A DNA stretch of 64,000 bases from Bacteroidota bacterium (GTDB lineage Bacteria > Bacteroidota > Bacteroidia > Cytophagales > Flexibacteraceae): positions 2,866-66,865 of the forward strand of contig JAZKBN010000052.1 in NCBI GenBank assembly GCA_040388605.1, read 5' to 3'. The translations under genes and the position numbers were made by a program. The first letter of the stretch is position 1; each line of letters opens with the position of its first letter. The notes beneath the pieces are model-generated. The model saw only the letters and a list, made by a program, of their open reading frames with translations. It made no database searches and was not told the DNA's origin. Shown here piece by piece: positions 9,643 through 17,414 of the stretch.

Positions 9643-11013
9643 CTACACCTGCTCAACTATAGCAGCAATTTTCTTTTCGCGAGGCGCAACTGCTAAAGAT
9701 GCATCTGTCGGTTCGCCGAAAAGATCGAATTCTGCGGTATCGTGAATATGAATATCGGCAAAAGAACCGGTTTTCAGGCGGAAGCGTTTGGCATCTATCA
9801 GCACTTCGTTGTCTACCTCAGGGCTGTCGGCCTCGGTACGGCCAATGTAATAGCCGCCTTCCTTACGGTCTATGAGGGTTTTGAAGGTTTTACCTATTTT
9901 AAGGGTATTCAGTTCGGTGCTTATGCCTTCCTGTATTTCCATAATGCGGTCGGCGCGTTCCTGCTTAAGCTCCTGCGGAATGCTGTCTTCCATGGTATGG
10001 CTGTGCGTTTTTTCCTCGTGGCTGTAAGTGAATATGCCCAGGCGGTCAAATCGCATCTGCTGCACAAACTCTTCCATCTCACGGAATTCCGCTTCACCTT
10101 CGCCGGGGTGTCCGGCAATAAGGGTAGTGCGCAGGGTTATGCCGGGTACAGCGGCACGAATATCGGCAATAAGCTTCTCGGTTTTTTCGCGGGTAATGCC
10201 TCGGCGCATGAGCTTCAATACATCGGAGCTGCCGTGCTGAAGGGGCATATCAAGGTATTTGCAGATATTCTGGCGGCGGGCCATCACCTCCAGCACATCC
10301 ATAGGGAATCCGGCAGGATAGGCGTATTGCAGGCGAATCCACTCAATGCCGGGCACATCGGCCAGGCGATCAAGCAGCTCGGCGAGGTTACGCTTTTTAT
10401 AAATATCGAGGCCGTAATAGGTGAGGTCCTGGGCAATAAGAATAAGCTCTTTTGTGCCCCGGTTGGCAAGGCTCGTGGCCTGCTGCACCAATAAATCCAT
10501 CGGCTGCGACACGTGAACGCCGCGCATTATGGGAATGGCGCAGAAACTGCAGGGGCGATCACAGCCCTCGGCAATTTTAAGGTACGCGAAGTGGGCGGGG
10601 GTGGTAATCAGGCGCTCGCCGGCAAGTTCGGTACGGTAATCGGTTTTAAGGGTTTTAAGCAGGCGGGGCAAATCTGAGGTGCCGAACCATGCATCCACCT
10701 CGGGAATTTCAGGTTCGAGCTCATCTTTAAAGCGGGCGCTCAGGCAGCCGGTAACGTACAGCTTATCTATAATGCCTGCTTGCTTGGCGTCGGCATAGCG
10801 GAGTATGGTATCAATACTTTCCTGCCTCGCGCTGTCGATAAAGCCGCAGGTGTTCACTATCACCACTGATGCATCGTCGCGCTTGCTTTCATGCACGGCA
10901 TCGAAATTATTGCCGCGCAGCTGGGTTAAAATTTCCTCGCTGTCTACGAGGTTCTTGCTGCAGCCCAGGGTAACAATATTTACACGGGTTTGCTTATTGC
11001 CTTTGGTTTTCAT
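9643..11013 (-). CDS. rimO: Ribosomal protein S12 methylthiotransferase RimO
   Basis: N-terminal VNIVTLGCSKNLVDSE (MTTase domain), radical-SAM CDRPCSFC (CxxxCxxC), C-terminal TRAM-like region. Length 456 aa. Confidence 0.9.
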   Translation of the reverse strand: MKTKGNKQTRVNIVTLGCSKNLVDSEEILTQLRGNNFDAVHESKRDDASVVIVNTCGFIDSARQESIDTILRYADAKQAGIIDKLYVTGCLSARFKDELEPEIPEVDAWFGTSDLPRLLKTLKTDYRTELAGERLITTPAHFAYLKIAEGCDRPCSFCAIPIMRGVHVSQPMDLLVQQATSLANRGTKELILIAQDLTYYGLDIYKKRNLAELLDRLADVPGIEWIRLQYAYPAGFPMDVLEVMARRQNICKYLDMPLQHGSSDVLKLMRRGITREKTEKLIADIRAAVPGITLRTTLIAGHPGEGEAEFREMEEFVQQMRFDRLGIFTYSHEEKTHSHTMEDSIPQELKQERADRIMEIQEGISTELNTLKIGKTFKTLIDRKEGGYYIGRTEADSPEVDNEVLIDAKRFRLKTGSFADIHIHDTAEFDLFGEPTDASLAVAPREKKIAAIVEQV

Positions 11014-11145
11014 TATAATACAAAATTAAGCAAAAAAAAGGACAGGAAAGAAGAGTTTATAGGGTAATCAGGCTGAAACAATAACCTTGATTTCGTTTTG
11101 GTAAATTGTTAACTTTACTTTTGAAACTATAAACAAATTAAACCA

Positions 11146-11346
11146 ATGGATAAATTGATAGTAGTCCACCCAGGCAACCAAAGCGAAATGGCTGAATTGA
11201 TTGCTTTCCTTGAGGACCGGAAAATGGTATTTGAGGAGGAGAAAGATATCTATTCGGAAGAGTTCAATGCAAAAATGAAACGGGTAGATGACGATATACT
11301 GGCAGGCAGAGGCGTAAAAATGAATCTTGATGATATATGGAAATAA
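11146..11346 (+). CDS. Putative antitoxin of the YoeB locus (66 aa)
   Basis: Small acidic ORF whose stop overlaps the toxin start (ATGGAAATAA arrangement). Low-GC islet. Confidence 0.65.
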   Translation: MDKLIVVHPGNQSEMAELIAFLEDRKMVFEEEKDIYSEEFNAKMKRVDDDILAGRGVKMNLDDIWK

Positions 11347-11600
11347 TCTTTTTTCCGGACGCGCTGAAAGATTTAGACTATTGGAAGCAAACAGGTCAAA
11401 CACAAATTCTATCTCGCATAAGGGAGCTTACCGAATCAATTATTGAGTCACCGTTTTCCGGAATAGGAAAACCTGAACCATTAAAGCATCAGCATAGCGG
11501 AAGATGGTCAAGGCGAATAAATTTAGAGCATAGGTATATTTACAGGGTTTCAGGTAATATTCTTGAAGTACTCTCATTACGCGGTCATTATGAAAAGTAA
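11337..11600 (+). CDS. yoeB: Txe/YoeB-family type II toxin (mRNA interferase)
   Basis: 87 aa with WSRRINLEHRYIYRV…LSLRGHYEK, the typical YoeB C-terminal catalytic region. Overlaps the upstream small gene. Confidence 0.85.
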   Translation: MEIIFFPDALKDLDYWKQTGQTQILSRIRELTESIIESPFSGIGKPEPLKHQHSGRWSRRINLEHRYIYRVSGNILEVLSLRGHYEK

Positions 11601-11748
11601 ATACAAACCAGCAAAGCCAACAAGGGTTCCTTATATAGATAAGCAAGGTTTGTATTCAGCAAAATTCGTGACTATGATCAAGAAAGCCAGAGATGACTAT
11701 AAATCAGGAAGAACCAAGATAATTGCCTTAGAAGATCTCCGGAAATAA
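11590..11748 (+). CDS. Second antitoxin-like small protein (52 aa from ATG 11590)
   Basis: The ATG overlaps the yoeB stop by 11 nt. The C-terminus AKFVTMIKKARDDYKSGRTKIIALEDLRK parallels EEFNAKMKRVDDDILAGRGVKMNLDDIWK of the first small protein. Confidence 0.4.
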   Translation: MKSKYKPAKPTRVPYIDKQGLYSAKFVTMIKKARDDYKSGRTKIIALEDLRK

Positions 11749-11819
11749 CCCCATGCAATCAAAAGCCCTCACACCTTCAGATTACGTAGCCGAGCTTCCC
11801 GAAGAACGCAAGTCCAATA

Positions 11820-12227
11820 ATGGCTAAACTGCGCGAAGCCATACTTGACAACATCCCCGAAGGTTTCGAGGAGCGCATGAGTTATGGCATGATTGGCTAC
11901 GTGGTACCGCACAGCATTTACCCGGCAGGCTACCACTGCGACCCTAAATTGCCCCTGCCTTTTATGAATATTGCATCGCAGAAGAATTTTATAGCCGTTT
12001 ACCACATGGGAATTTACAGTAACACCGAACTTTTAAATTGGTTCACATCTGAATATATAAAACGCTTTACCGATAAGCTCAACATGGGTAAGGGTTGCGT
12101 TCGGTTCAAAAAGATGGACGCAGGGCATGTGGCCCTTATTGGTGAATTGGCCGGTAAAACAGGCGTTGAAAACTATATTGCAGCCCATTTAAAAGCCCGG
12201 TTGGAAAGTGGTACAAAAGCCAAATAA
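11820..12227 (+). CDS. DUF1801 (YdhG-like) domain protein, probably frameshifted at its 5' end
   Basis: MAKLREAILDNIPEGFEE… matches DUF1801 architecture. The expected N-terminal segment MQSKALTPSDYVAELPEERKS is encoded at 11753..11827 in a different frame. Confidence 0.7.
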   Translation: MAKLREAILDNIPEGFEERMSYGMIGYVVPHSIYPAGYHCDPKLPLPFMNIASQKNFIAVYHMGIYSNTELLNWFTSEYIKRFTDKLNMGKGCVRFKKMDAGHVALIGELAGKTGVENYIAAHLKARLESGTKAK

Positions 12228-12253
12228 ACAGGTGCATATTTTTTAATAACAAA

Positions 12254-12703
12254 ATGACTGTCACCTACAAAATTCTCGGCCCTGGAGATTCTGCCATTGC
12301 CCGGGCACTCACCCATTGGTTTCAAACCGATGACGGCATTGCAGAACCCAATATTCCAACAACAACCTACATGGAAAACCTCCTGCAAAAGGATGATTTT
12401 CATATAATTGTGGCTTACAGCGGAGAACAGATTATTGGCGGAGTAACAGGCTACGAAATGGAAATGTACATGCAGGAAACCCGCGAGCTGTTTTTATACG
12501 AGATTGGCGTACATGAAGGCTTCCGGCAGCGGGGAATTGCCAAAACACTGATTGGCATGCTCAAAGATATTTGCATGAAGCGCGGCGTAAGTGCCATGTA
12601 TGTGGGCACCTGGGAAGGCAACGAGGCTGCCGAAAGGCTTTATGCCGGCTCAGGCGGGAAACGTGAGCTTATCCCTTGGTTTACTTTCGATTTTAATAAG
12701 TAA
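12254..12703 (+). CDS. GNAT N-acetyltransferase, AAC(3)-I-like
   Basis: 149 aa. Acetyl-CoA motif FRQRGIAKTLI. The overall layout (…FLYEIGVHEGFRQRG…AMYVGTWEGNEAAERLY…) resembles small aminoglycoside 3-N-acetyltransferase type I enzymes. Confidence 0.8.
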   Translation: MTVTYKILGPGDSAIARALTHWFQTDDGIAEPNIPTTTYMENLLQKDDFHIIVAYSGEQIIGGVTGYEMEMYMQETRELFLYEIGVHEGFRQRGIAKTLIGMLKDICMKRGVSAMYVGTWEGNEAAERLYAGSGGKRELIPWFTFDFNK

Positions 12704-12898
12704 ACCCCTGTCGGTACATTGCCTTCATACAGGGCTGCTGCAATGCATAAAACAATGCGACAGCCGCATTTGGCATCTGATAACAAAGGCCCCCTTTTAA
12801 TTGTTATCTTTGCACCTTGCTTTCCCTGCATAATGCTCAAAGGCTCCGGCCGAAAGCAAGGTATTTGCTGCCTGATATTAATACACACCCAAATAATT

Positions 12899-13804
12899 AT
12901 GCCCCTCTTATTCAACGATTTCAAAAGCTGGCGTCAGCATTGCGCCGATACCGGGGAACCGCTCTGGAAACCTGTTGTCGCATTTGAAATTGCCCAAAAA
13001 GGAAGAACCGAAGAAGAAATCTGGACGGGCCTGGGCAATGCCTGGGAAGTTATGAAAGAAGCCGTGCTTACCGGCCTCACAAGCGATATGACAAGTCGCT
13101 CGGGCATGATAAACAACGGGGGTAAAAAGGTATGGAACTACCCTACCCCGGTGCTCTCGCAGGAATTTCAGCGGCTGATTGCGCGGGCGCTTGCTGCCAA
13201 GGAGCTTAACAGCTGCATGGGCCGCATAGTTGCCGCACCAACCGCCGGGGCCAGCGGCATTTTGCCCGGCACGCTGGTTACCCTGCAGGAAATTCACCAC
13301 ATGCCCGACCGCGCCATGCTTGAGGCCCTGCTCATAGGCGCAGGCATTGCGCTCATTATTGAGCAAAACGCATCGCTCGCCGGCGCAGTGGGCGGCTGCC
13401 AGGCCGAAACCGGTTCGGCAGCGGCTATGGCAGCGGGCGGTATAGTTTATTCCCTCGGCGGCGACCCGGATATGGTGTTCAGCGCAGTAGCCATAACCAT
13501 TCAATGCATGCTGGGCCTTATTTGCGACCCCGTTGCCGGCCTTGTGGAAGTGCCCTGCGTGGTACGCAATGCAAGCGCGGCTGCAATAGCCTATTCATCG
13601 GCCCAGATTGCGCTGGCCGGTGTAAATGCCGTTATTCCGGTAGACGAATGCGTGGCTGCCATGGGCGAAATTGGCCAAAGCATGGAAACCAGGTACAAAG
13701 AAACCGCCCTCGGCGGCCTTGCTGCCACCATTACCGGCAAGCAGATAGCTGATCGCGTACTTATTCATGATATTGAAATACTGGACGAAGGAACAGAAGC
13801 TTAA
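12899..13804 (+). CDS. sdaAA: L-serine ammonia-lyase (Fe-S dependent), alpha subunit
   Basis: PTAGASGILPG, GGCQAETGSAAAMAA and CDPVAGLVEVPCVVRN align with my memory of B. subtilis SdaAA. I prefer the ATG at 12899 (MPLLFNDF…). The track ORF extends upstream through a hairpin-rich leader. Confidence 0.85.
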   Translation: MPLLFNDFKSWRQHCADTGEPLWKPVVAFEIAQKGRTEEEIWTGLGNAWEVMKEAVLTGLTSDMTSRSGMINNGGKKVWNYPTPVLSQEFQRLIARALAAKELNSCMGRIVAAPTAGASGILPGTLVTLQEIHHMPDRAMLEALLIGAGIALIIEQNASLAGAVGGCQAETGSAAAMAAGGIVYSLGGDPDMVFSAVAITIQCMLGLICDPVAGLVEVPCVVRNASAAAIAYSSAQIALAGVNAVIPVDECVAAMGEIGQSMETRYKETALGGLAATITGKQIADRVLIHDIEILDEGTEA

Positions 13805-13848
13805 CTGCTTCAGGCCCTTCTTCCGAAACAAAAAACAACCCTATAAAT

Positions 13849-14568
13849 TTGCAAGCCCCTAACTTTAAAGACCTCATTATTTTCGAAAGCGAGGACTATA
13901 TTGCCATTAACAAACCGCCCTACCTGAGCACCCTCGACGACCGTGCCGAAGGAGCCTTTAAAAGCCTTTTGCGCATGGCAAAAGATTATGAGCCTGAGGC
14001 ACAGGTATGCCACCGCCTCGATAAGGAAACCAGCGGCGTATTGCTTATAGCCCGCAATCCCGAGGCCTACCGCCACAGCAGCATGCAGTTTGAGCACAGG
14101 CAGGTAACCAAGCGCTACCATGCCGTGGTAGGCGGCATTCATGATTTTAAAGAGGTTAATGTGTACCTCCCCATTTTACCCCTGCGCACCGGTACCGTTA
14201 CAATAGATAAGGTGAACGGCAAGGAAGCCGAAACCATTTTCAATACCATGGAGGTCTACCGTGCACATACACTGGTTGAATGCAAGCCCATTACCGGGCG
14301 CATGCACCAGATTCGCATTCACCTTTCATGTCTGAAAGCGCCCATTGTGGCAGACCATGCCTACGGCGGCGATGAAATTTACCTGAGCGAGATTAAAGGC
14401 AAATTCAAGCTTAAAAAGAACACCGAGGAGCTGCCCCTAATCAGGCGGGTTGCACTGCACGCACGTGCCCTTACCTTCGGTTTGCTGAACGGTGAAGAAA
14501 CTACAGTAGAGGCTGAATATCCTAAAGATTTCCGGGCGCTTATTTCGCAGCTGGAAAAAAACAAGTAA
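13849..14568 (+). CDS. RluA-family pseudouridine synthase
   Basis: YIAINKP and the catalytic-Asp motif HRLDKETSGVLLIA, plus HQIRIH. TTG start. Confidence 0.85.
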   Translation: MQAPNFKDLIIFESEDYIAINKPPYLSTLDDRAEGAFKSLLRMAKDYEPEAQVCHRLDKETSGVLLIARNPEAYRHSSMQFEHRQVTKRYHAVVGGIHDFKEVNVYLPILPLRTGTVTIDKVNGKEAETIFNTMEVYRAHTLVECKPITGRMHQIRIHLSCLKAPIVADHAYGGDEIYLSEIKGKFKLKKNTEELPLIRRVALHARALTFGLLNGEETTVEAEYPKDFRALISQLEKNK

Positions 14569-14747
14569 AACATACGCGTTTCATTTGAAGACAATACTAA
14601 AGCGAGGTTCCGGCAAAGGGGCCTTGCTTTTTTTTGTTCAAGTGCAGATAAATGCAGGCGGTATATAAATATGCAGGTAATTTTTACCGTATTTTACTCC
14701 TTAGAACCCGGCCCGAATAAACCGGCAGTATTTTAACAGGAACAGCT

Positions 14748-16223
14748 TTGCTTTTCAATACCATTGATTTTGCGGTATTTTTCCCGGTAGTGGTCATGCT
14801 GTATTTCAGCCTGCCGTACCGCTTTCGTCCGCATTTGCTGCTGGCGGCAAGCTGTTATTTTTACATGGCTTTTGTACCGGTTTATATACTTATACTGGGC
14901 TTCACCATTGTAACAGATTACTTCGCAGGCATACTTATAGAAGGCAGCGCAGGCAGCAAACGTAAATGGATGCTGGGCCTTAGCATTGTGGCTAACATTA
15001 GCGTTCTGGCGGTATTTAAATACTATAACTGGGCTGCCCTAAGCATTAACCGCATTTTTCAGCTCATGCATACCGATACCCGCCTGGGTATGCTCAGCAT
15101 TCTGCTGCCCATCGGCCTGTCTTTCCATACCTTCCAGGCCATGAGCTATACCATAGAAGTATATAGGGGAAAGCAGAAAGCCGAACGCAGCTTTCTTATT
15201 TACAGCCTCTATGTAATGTTTTTTCCGCAGCTGGTTGCGGGACCAATTGAGCGCCCGCAGAATGTAATTTACCAGTTCTTTGAAAAGCATGATTTCAGTT
15301 ACAGGAATGCCGCCGACGGCATGAAGCTGATTGCATGGGGCCTCTTTAAAAAGATGTGCGTGGCAGATAACCTTTCTCTTACAGTAGAAGGGGTATATAA
15401 AGCTCCGCGTGAATACTGGGGTATTCCCAGCCTTATTGCCACAATATTATTTGCTTTCGAAATCTATTGCGATTTTTCAGGATACTCAGATATTGCCCTC
15501 GGCACGGCGCAGGTAATGGGTTTCAGGCTCATGGAAAACTTCCGCAGGCCTTATGCAGCCCTTTCAGTTACTGAATTTTGGGGTCGCTGGCACATCAGCC
15601 TGAGCACATGGTTTCGTGATTATGTTTATATACCCTTAGGCGGAAACAGGGTATCTAAGCTGCGTTATTACCTGAACATTTTTATTGTTTTTATGCTCAG
15701 CGGCATTTGGCACGGTGCCGGGCTCAATTTTATTATTTGGGGCGCACTGCACGGCTTTTACAGGGTAACAGGTACCGCAAGCCTGCAGCTCCGGCAAAAG
15801 CTGTCGGGTTTAACAGGCTTAACGGCATTGCCGGGCTTACACAGGTTTATTAACCAATTACAAACATTTATATTGGTATCATTTGCCTGGATATTTTTCA
15901 GGGCTGCTTCTTTTACTGATGCCAAACGAATAGCTACCCACCTGTTTTCCGGCTGGGGAAAGCAAATAGAAAGGCTGCAGAATGAACCCGACTCTGAATT
16001 ATGGCTTATTTACGGCGGCGCCCCTGTATATTCGTTTTGGGCAGGGATCGGCTGCCTGGTTCTTCTTGAAACCGTACAGGCTTTTAAAGGCGAAGGCAGC
16101 GGAAGGGCCTGGCTGGCAAAACAACCAAAACTGTTCCGCTGGTCAGCATACTATGGTTTGGTGCTGCTTTTGATTTTGTTCAACCAGCAGCGGGTTGTTA
16201 ACTTTATTTACTTCCGGTTCTAA
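14748..16223 (+). CDS. MBOAT-family membrane O-acyltransferase (AlgI/DltB-like)
   Basis: Polytopic protein with WHISLSTWFRDYVYIPLGG and GIWHGAG (the conserved His region of MBOATs). Confidence 0.9.
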   Translation: MLFNTIDFAVFFPVVVMLYFSLPYRFRPHLLLAASCYFYMAFVPVYILILGFTIVTDYFAGILIEGSAGSKRKWMLGLSIVANISVLAVFKYYNWAALSINRIFQLMHTDTRLGMLSILLPIGLSFHTFQAMSYTIEVYRGKQKAERSFLIYSLYVMFFPQLVAGPIERPQNVIYQFFEKHDFSYRNAADGMKLIAWGLFKKMCVADNLSLTVEGVYKAPREYWGIPSLIATILFAFEIYCDFSGYSDIALGTAQVMGFRLMENFRRPYAALSVTEFWGRWHISLSTWFRDYVYIPLGGNRVSKLRYYLNIFIVFMLSGIWHGAGLNFIIWGALHGFYRVTGTASLQLRQKLSGLTGLTALPGLHRFINQLQTFILVSFAWIFFRAASFTDAKRIATHLFSGWGKQIERLQNEPDSELWLIYGGAPVYSFWAGIGCLVLLETVQAFKGEGSGRAWLAKQPKLFRWSAYYGLVLLLILFNQQRVVNFIYFRF

Positions 16224-16240
16224 AACCAATACAGCGAAGC

Positions 16241-17272
16241 ATGAATAAAGATTTAGGCAGGTTCCTGGTTTCTTTTACCGCGGTAATGGTAATACCTGCT
16301 GCATTGGTACTTTTCTATATAGTATCTGACCCTTTCATGATTATTCGCCGGTACGATAATTATTATGAAAACTATTTCGGCTCAACAAACCGCGATATGG
16401 CCGGAAGCCGCACACTTATTCGGCAAACTGAAAAGGGGGTTCATTATGAGAGCTTTATACTGGGAAGCTCACTTACCCAATGCATACTTGTTCCTGAATG
16501 GGAACGCGTAAGCGGGGTAAAAAACGCCTACCATTGGGATGCCCACCACGAAGGCATTTTCGGTGTTTGGAGCAAGGTAAAATGGCTCGACAGCACCAAC
16601 CATCCCTTTAAAAACGTATTGCTTGAGCTTGACGATATTTTGCTTTCCATAACCGCAAACGGGGGCGGCTTTATGTATTTTAAAGAACCTGCCATAGCCG
16701 GCAACTCTGAGGCGGAAAGGCAATACGAAGCCATAAAATCTTACTTCTCAAACCCGTTTTTCCTGGCGCATATACATTGGTACTTCAGCGGCAAATTCCT
16801 GCCGTATATGGAAAAATACACCCTGAATCCCAACTCTTATTACAGCAACACTAAAACAAACGACCTTTCTTACATACAGCAAATGCATTTGGTTAAAACA
16901 GATTCGGCCGCGTTTTATAAGCGTTTACATGGCATGAGCAATCTTGAACCCGCCTTTATGCCCGGTAACTGCGTGCTCAATAATGAATCAAGGCAAATGC
17001 TAAAAGATATAAAGGCAGTTTTCGACAGAAAGCATGTGAATTATAAAGTTTTGCTTTTCCCCCGAGTTAAACGCCCGGTGTTTTGCGAAAAAGATATCAG
17101 GTTTATTCAATCGGTTTTCGGGACCGAAAAGGTGTATTATGAGCCCAAAACCGCCTACAAAATTACCGAACTGAACGATTTTTTTGATGTTCATCATGCC
17201 AAACCATACTTTGGTACCCGCCTGCTTGAAAAAATGTATAAACCTCAATTGCCGACAGTTCATCTGCCATAA
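16241..17272 (+). CDS. Membrane-anchored hypothetical protein, probable MBOAT partner
   Basis: Lies 17 nt downstream of the MBOAT gene. Has a single N-terminal TM helix (FLVSFTAVMVIPAALVLFYIV). No catalytic motif recognised. Confidence 0.6.
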   Translation: MNKDLGRFLVSFTAVMVIPAALVLFYIVSDPFMIIRRYDNYYENYFGSTNRDMAGSRTLIRQTEKGVHYESFILGSSLTQCILVPEWERVSGVKNAYHWDAHHEGIFGVWSKVKWLDSTNHPFKNVLLELDDILLSITANGGGFMYFKEPAIAGNSEAERQYEAIKSYFSNPFFLAHIHWYFSGKFLPYMEKYTLNPNSYYSNTKTNDLSYIQQMHLVKTDSAAFYKRLHGMSNLEPAFMPGNCVLNNESRQMLKDIKAVFDRKHVNYKVLLFPRVKRPVFCEKDIRFIQSVFGTEKVYYEPKTAYKITELNDFFDVHHAKPYFGTRLLEKMYKPQLPTVHLP

Positions 17273-17322
17273 AAAACAATCAGTAAAATTTGCCTGCTTT
17301 TTAACGCATCAGTCTCAGAAAA

Positions 17323-17365
17323 AACAACAAAGCCGACATGCGATTTACACGAGGGCTTTGTTGTT
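17323..17365. terminator. Hairpin between convergent genes
   Basis: Perfect 12-bp arms aacaacaaagcc / ggctttgttgtt with a 19-nt loop, flanked by an A-run and a T-rich stretch. Confidence 0.5.
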
Positions 17366-17414
17366 TACTTTTCTTATTTCGGGTTGCAGACCCCCGCTGA
17401 ATTTCCTTCATTAC

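Noticed and set aside
12719-12898. Upstream 60-codon extension of the sdaAA ORF in the supplied track
   Set aside because: The extension covers two perfect hairpins and has no similarity to SdaAA N-termini. The homologous sequence starts at MPLLFNDF (ATG 12899).
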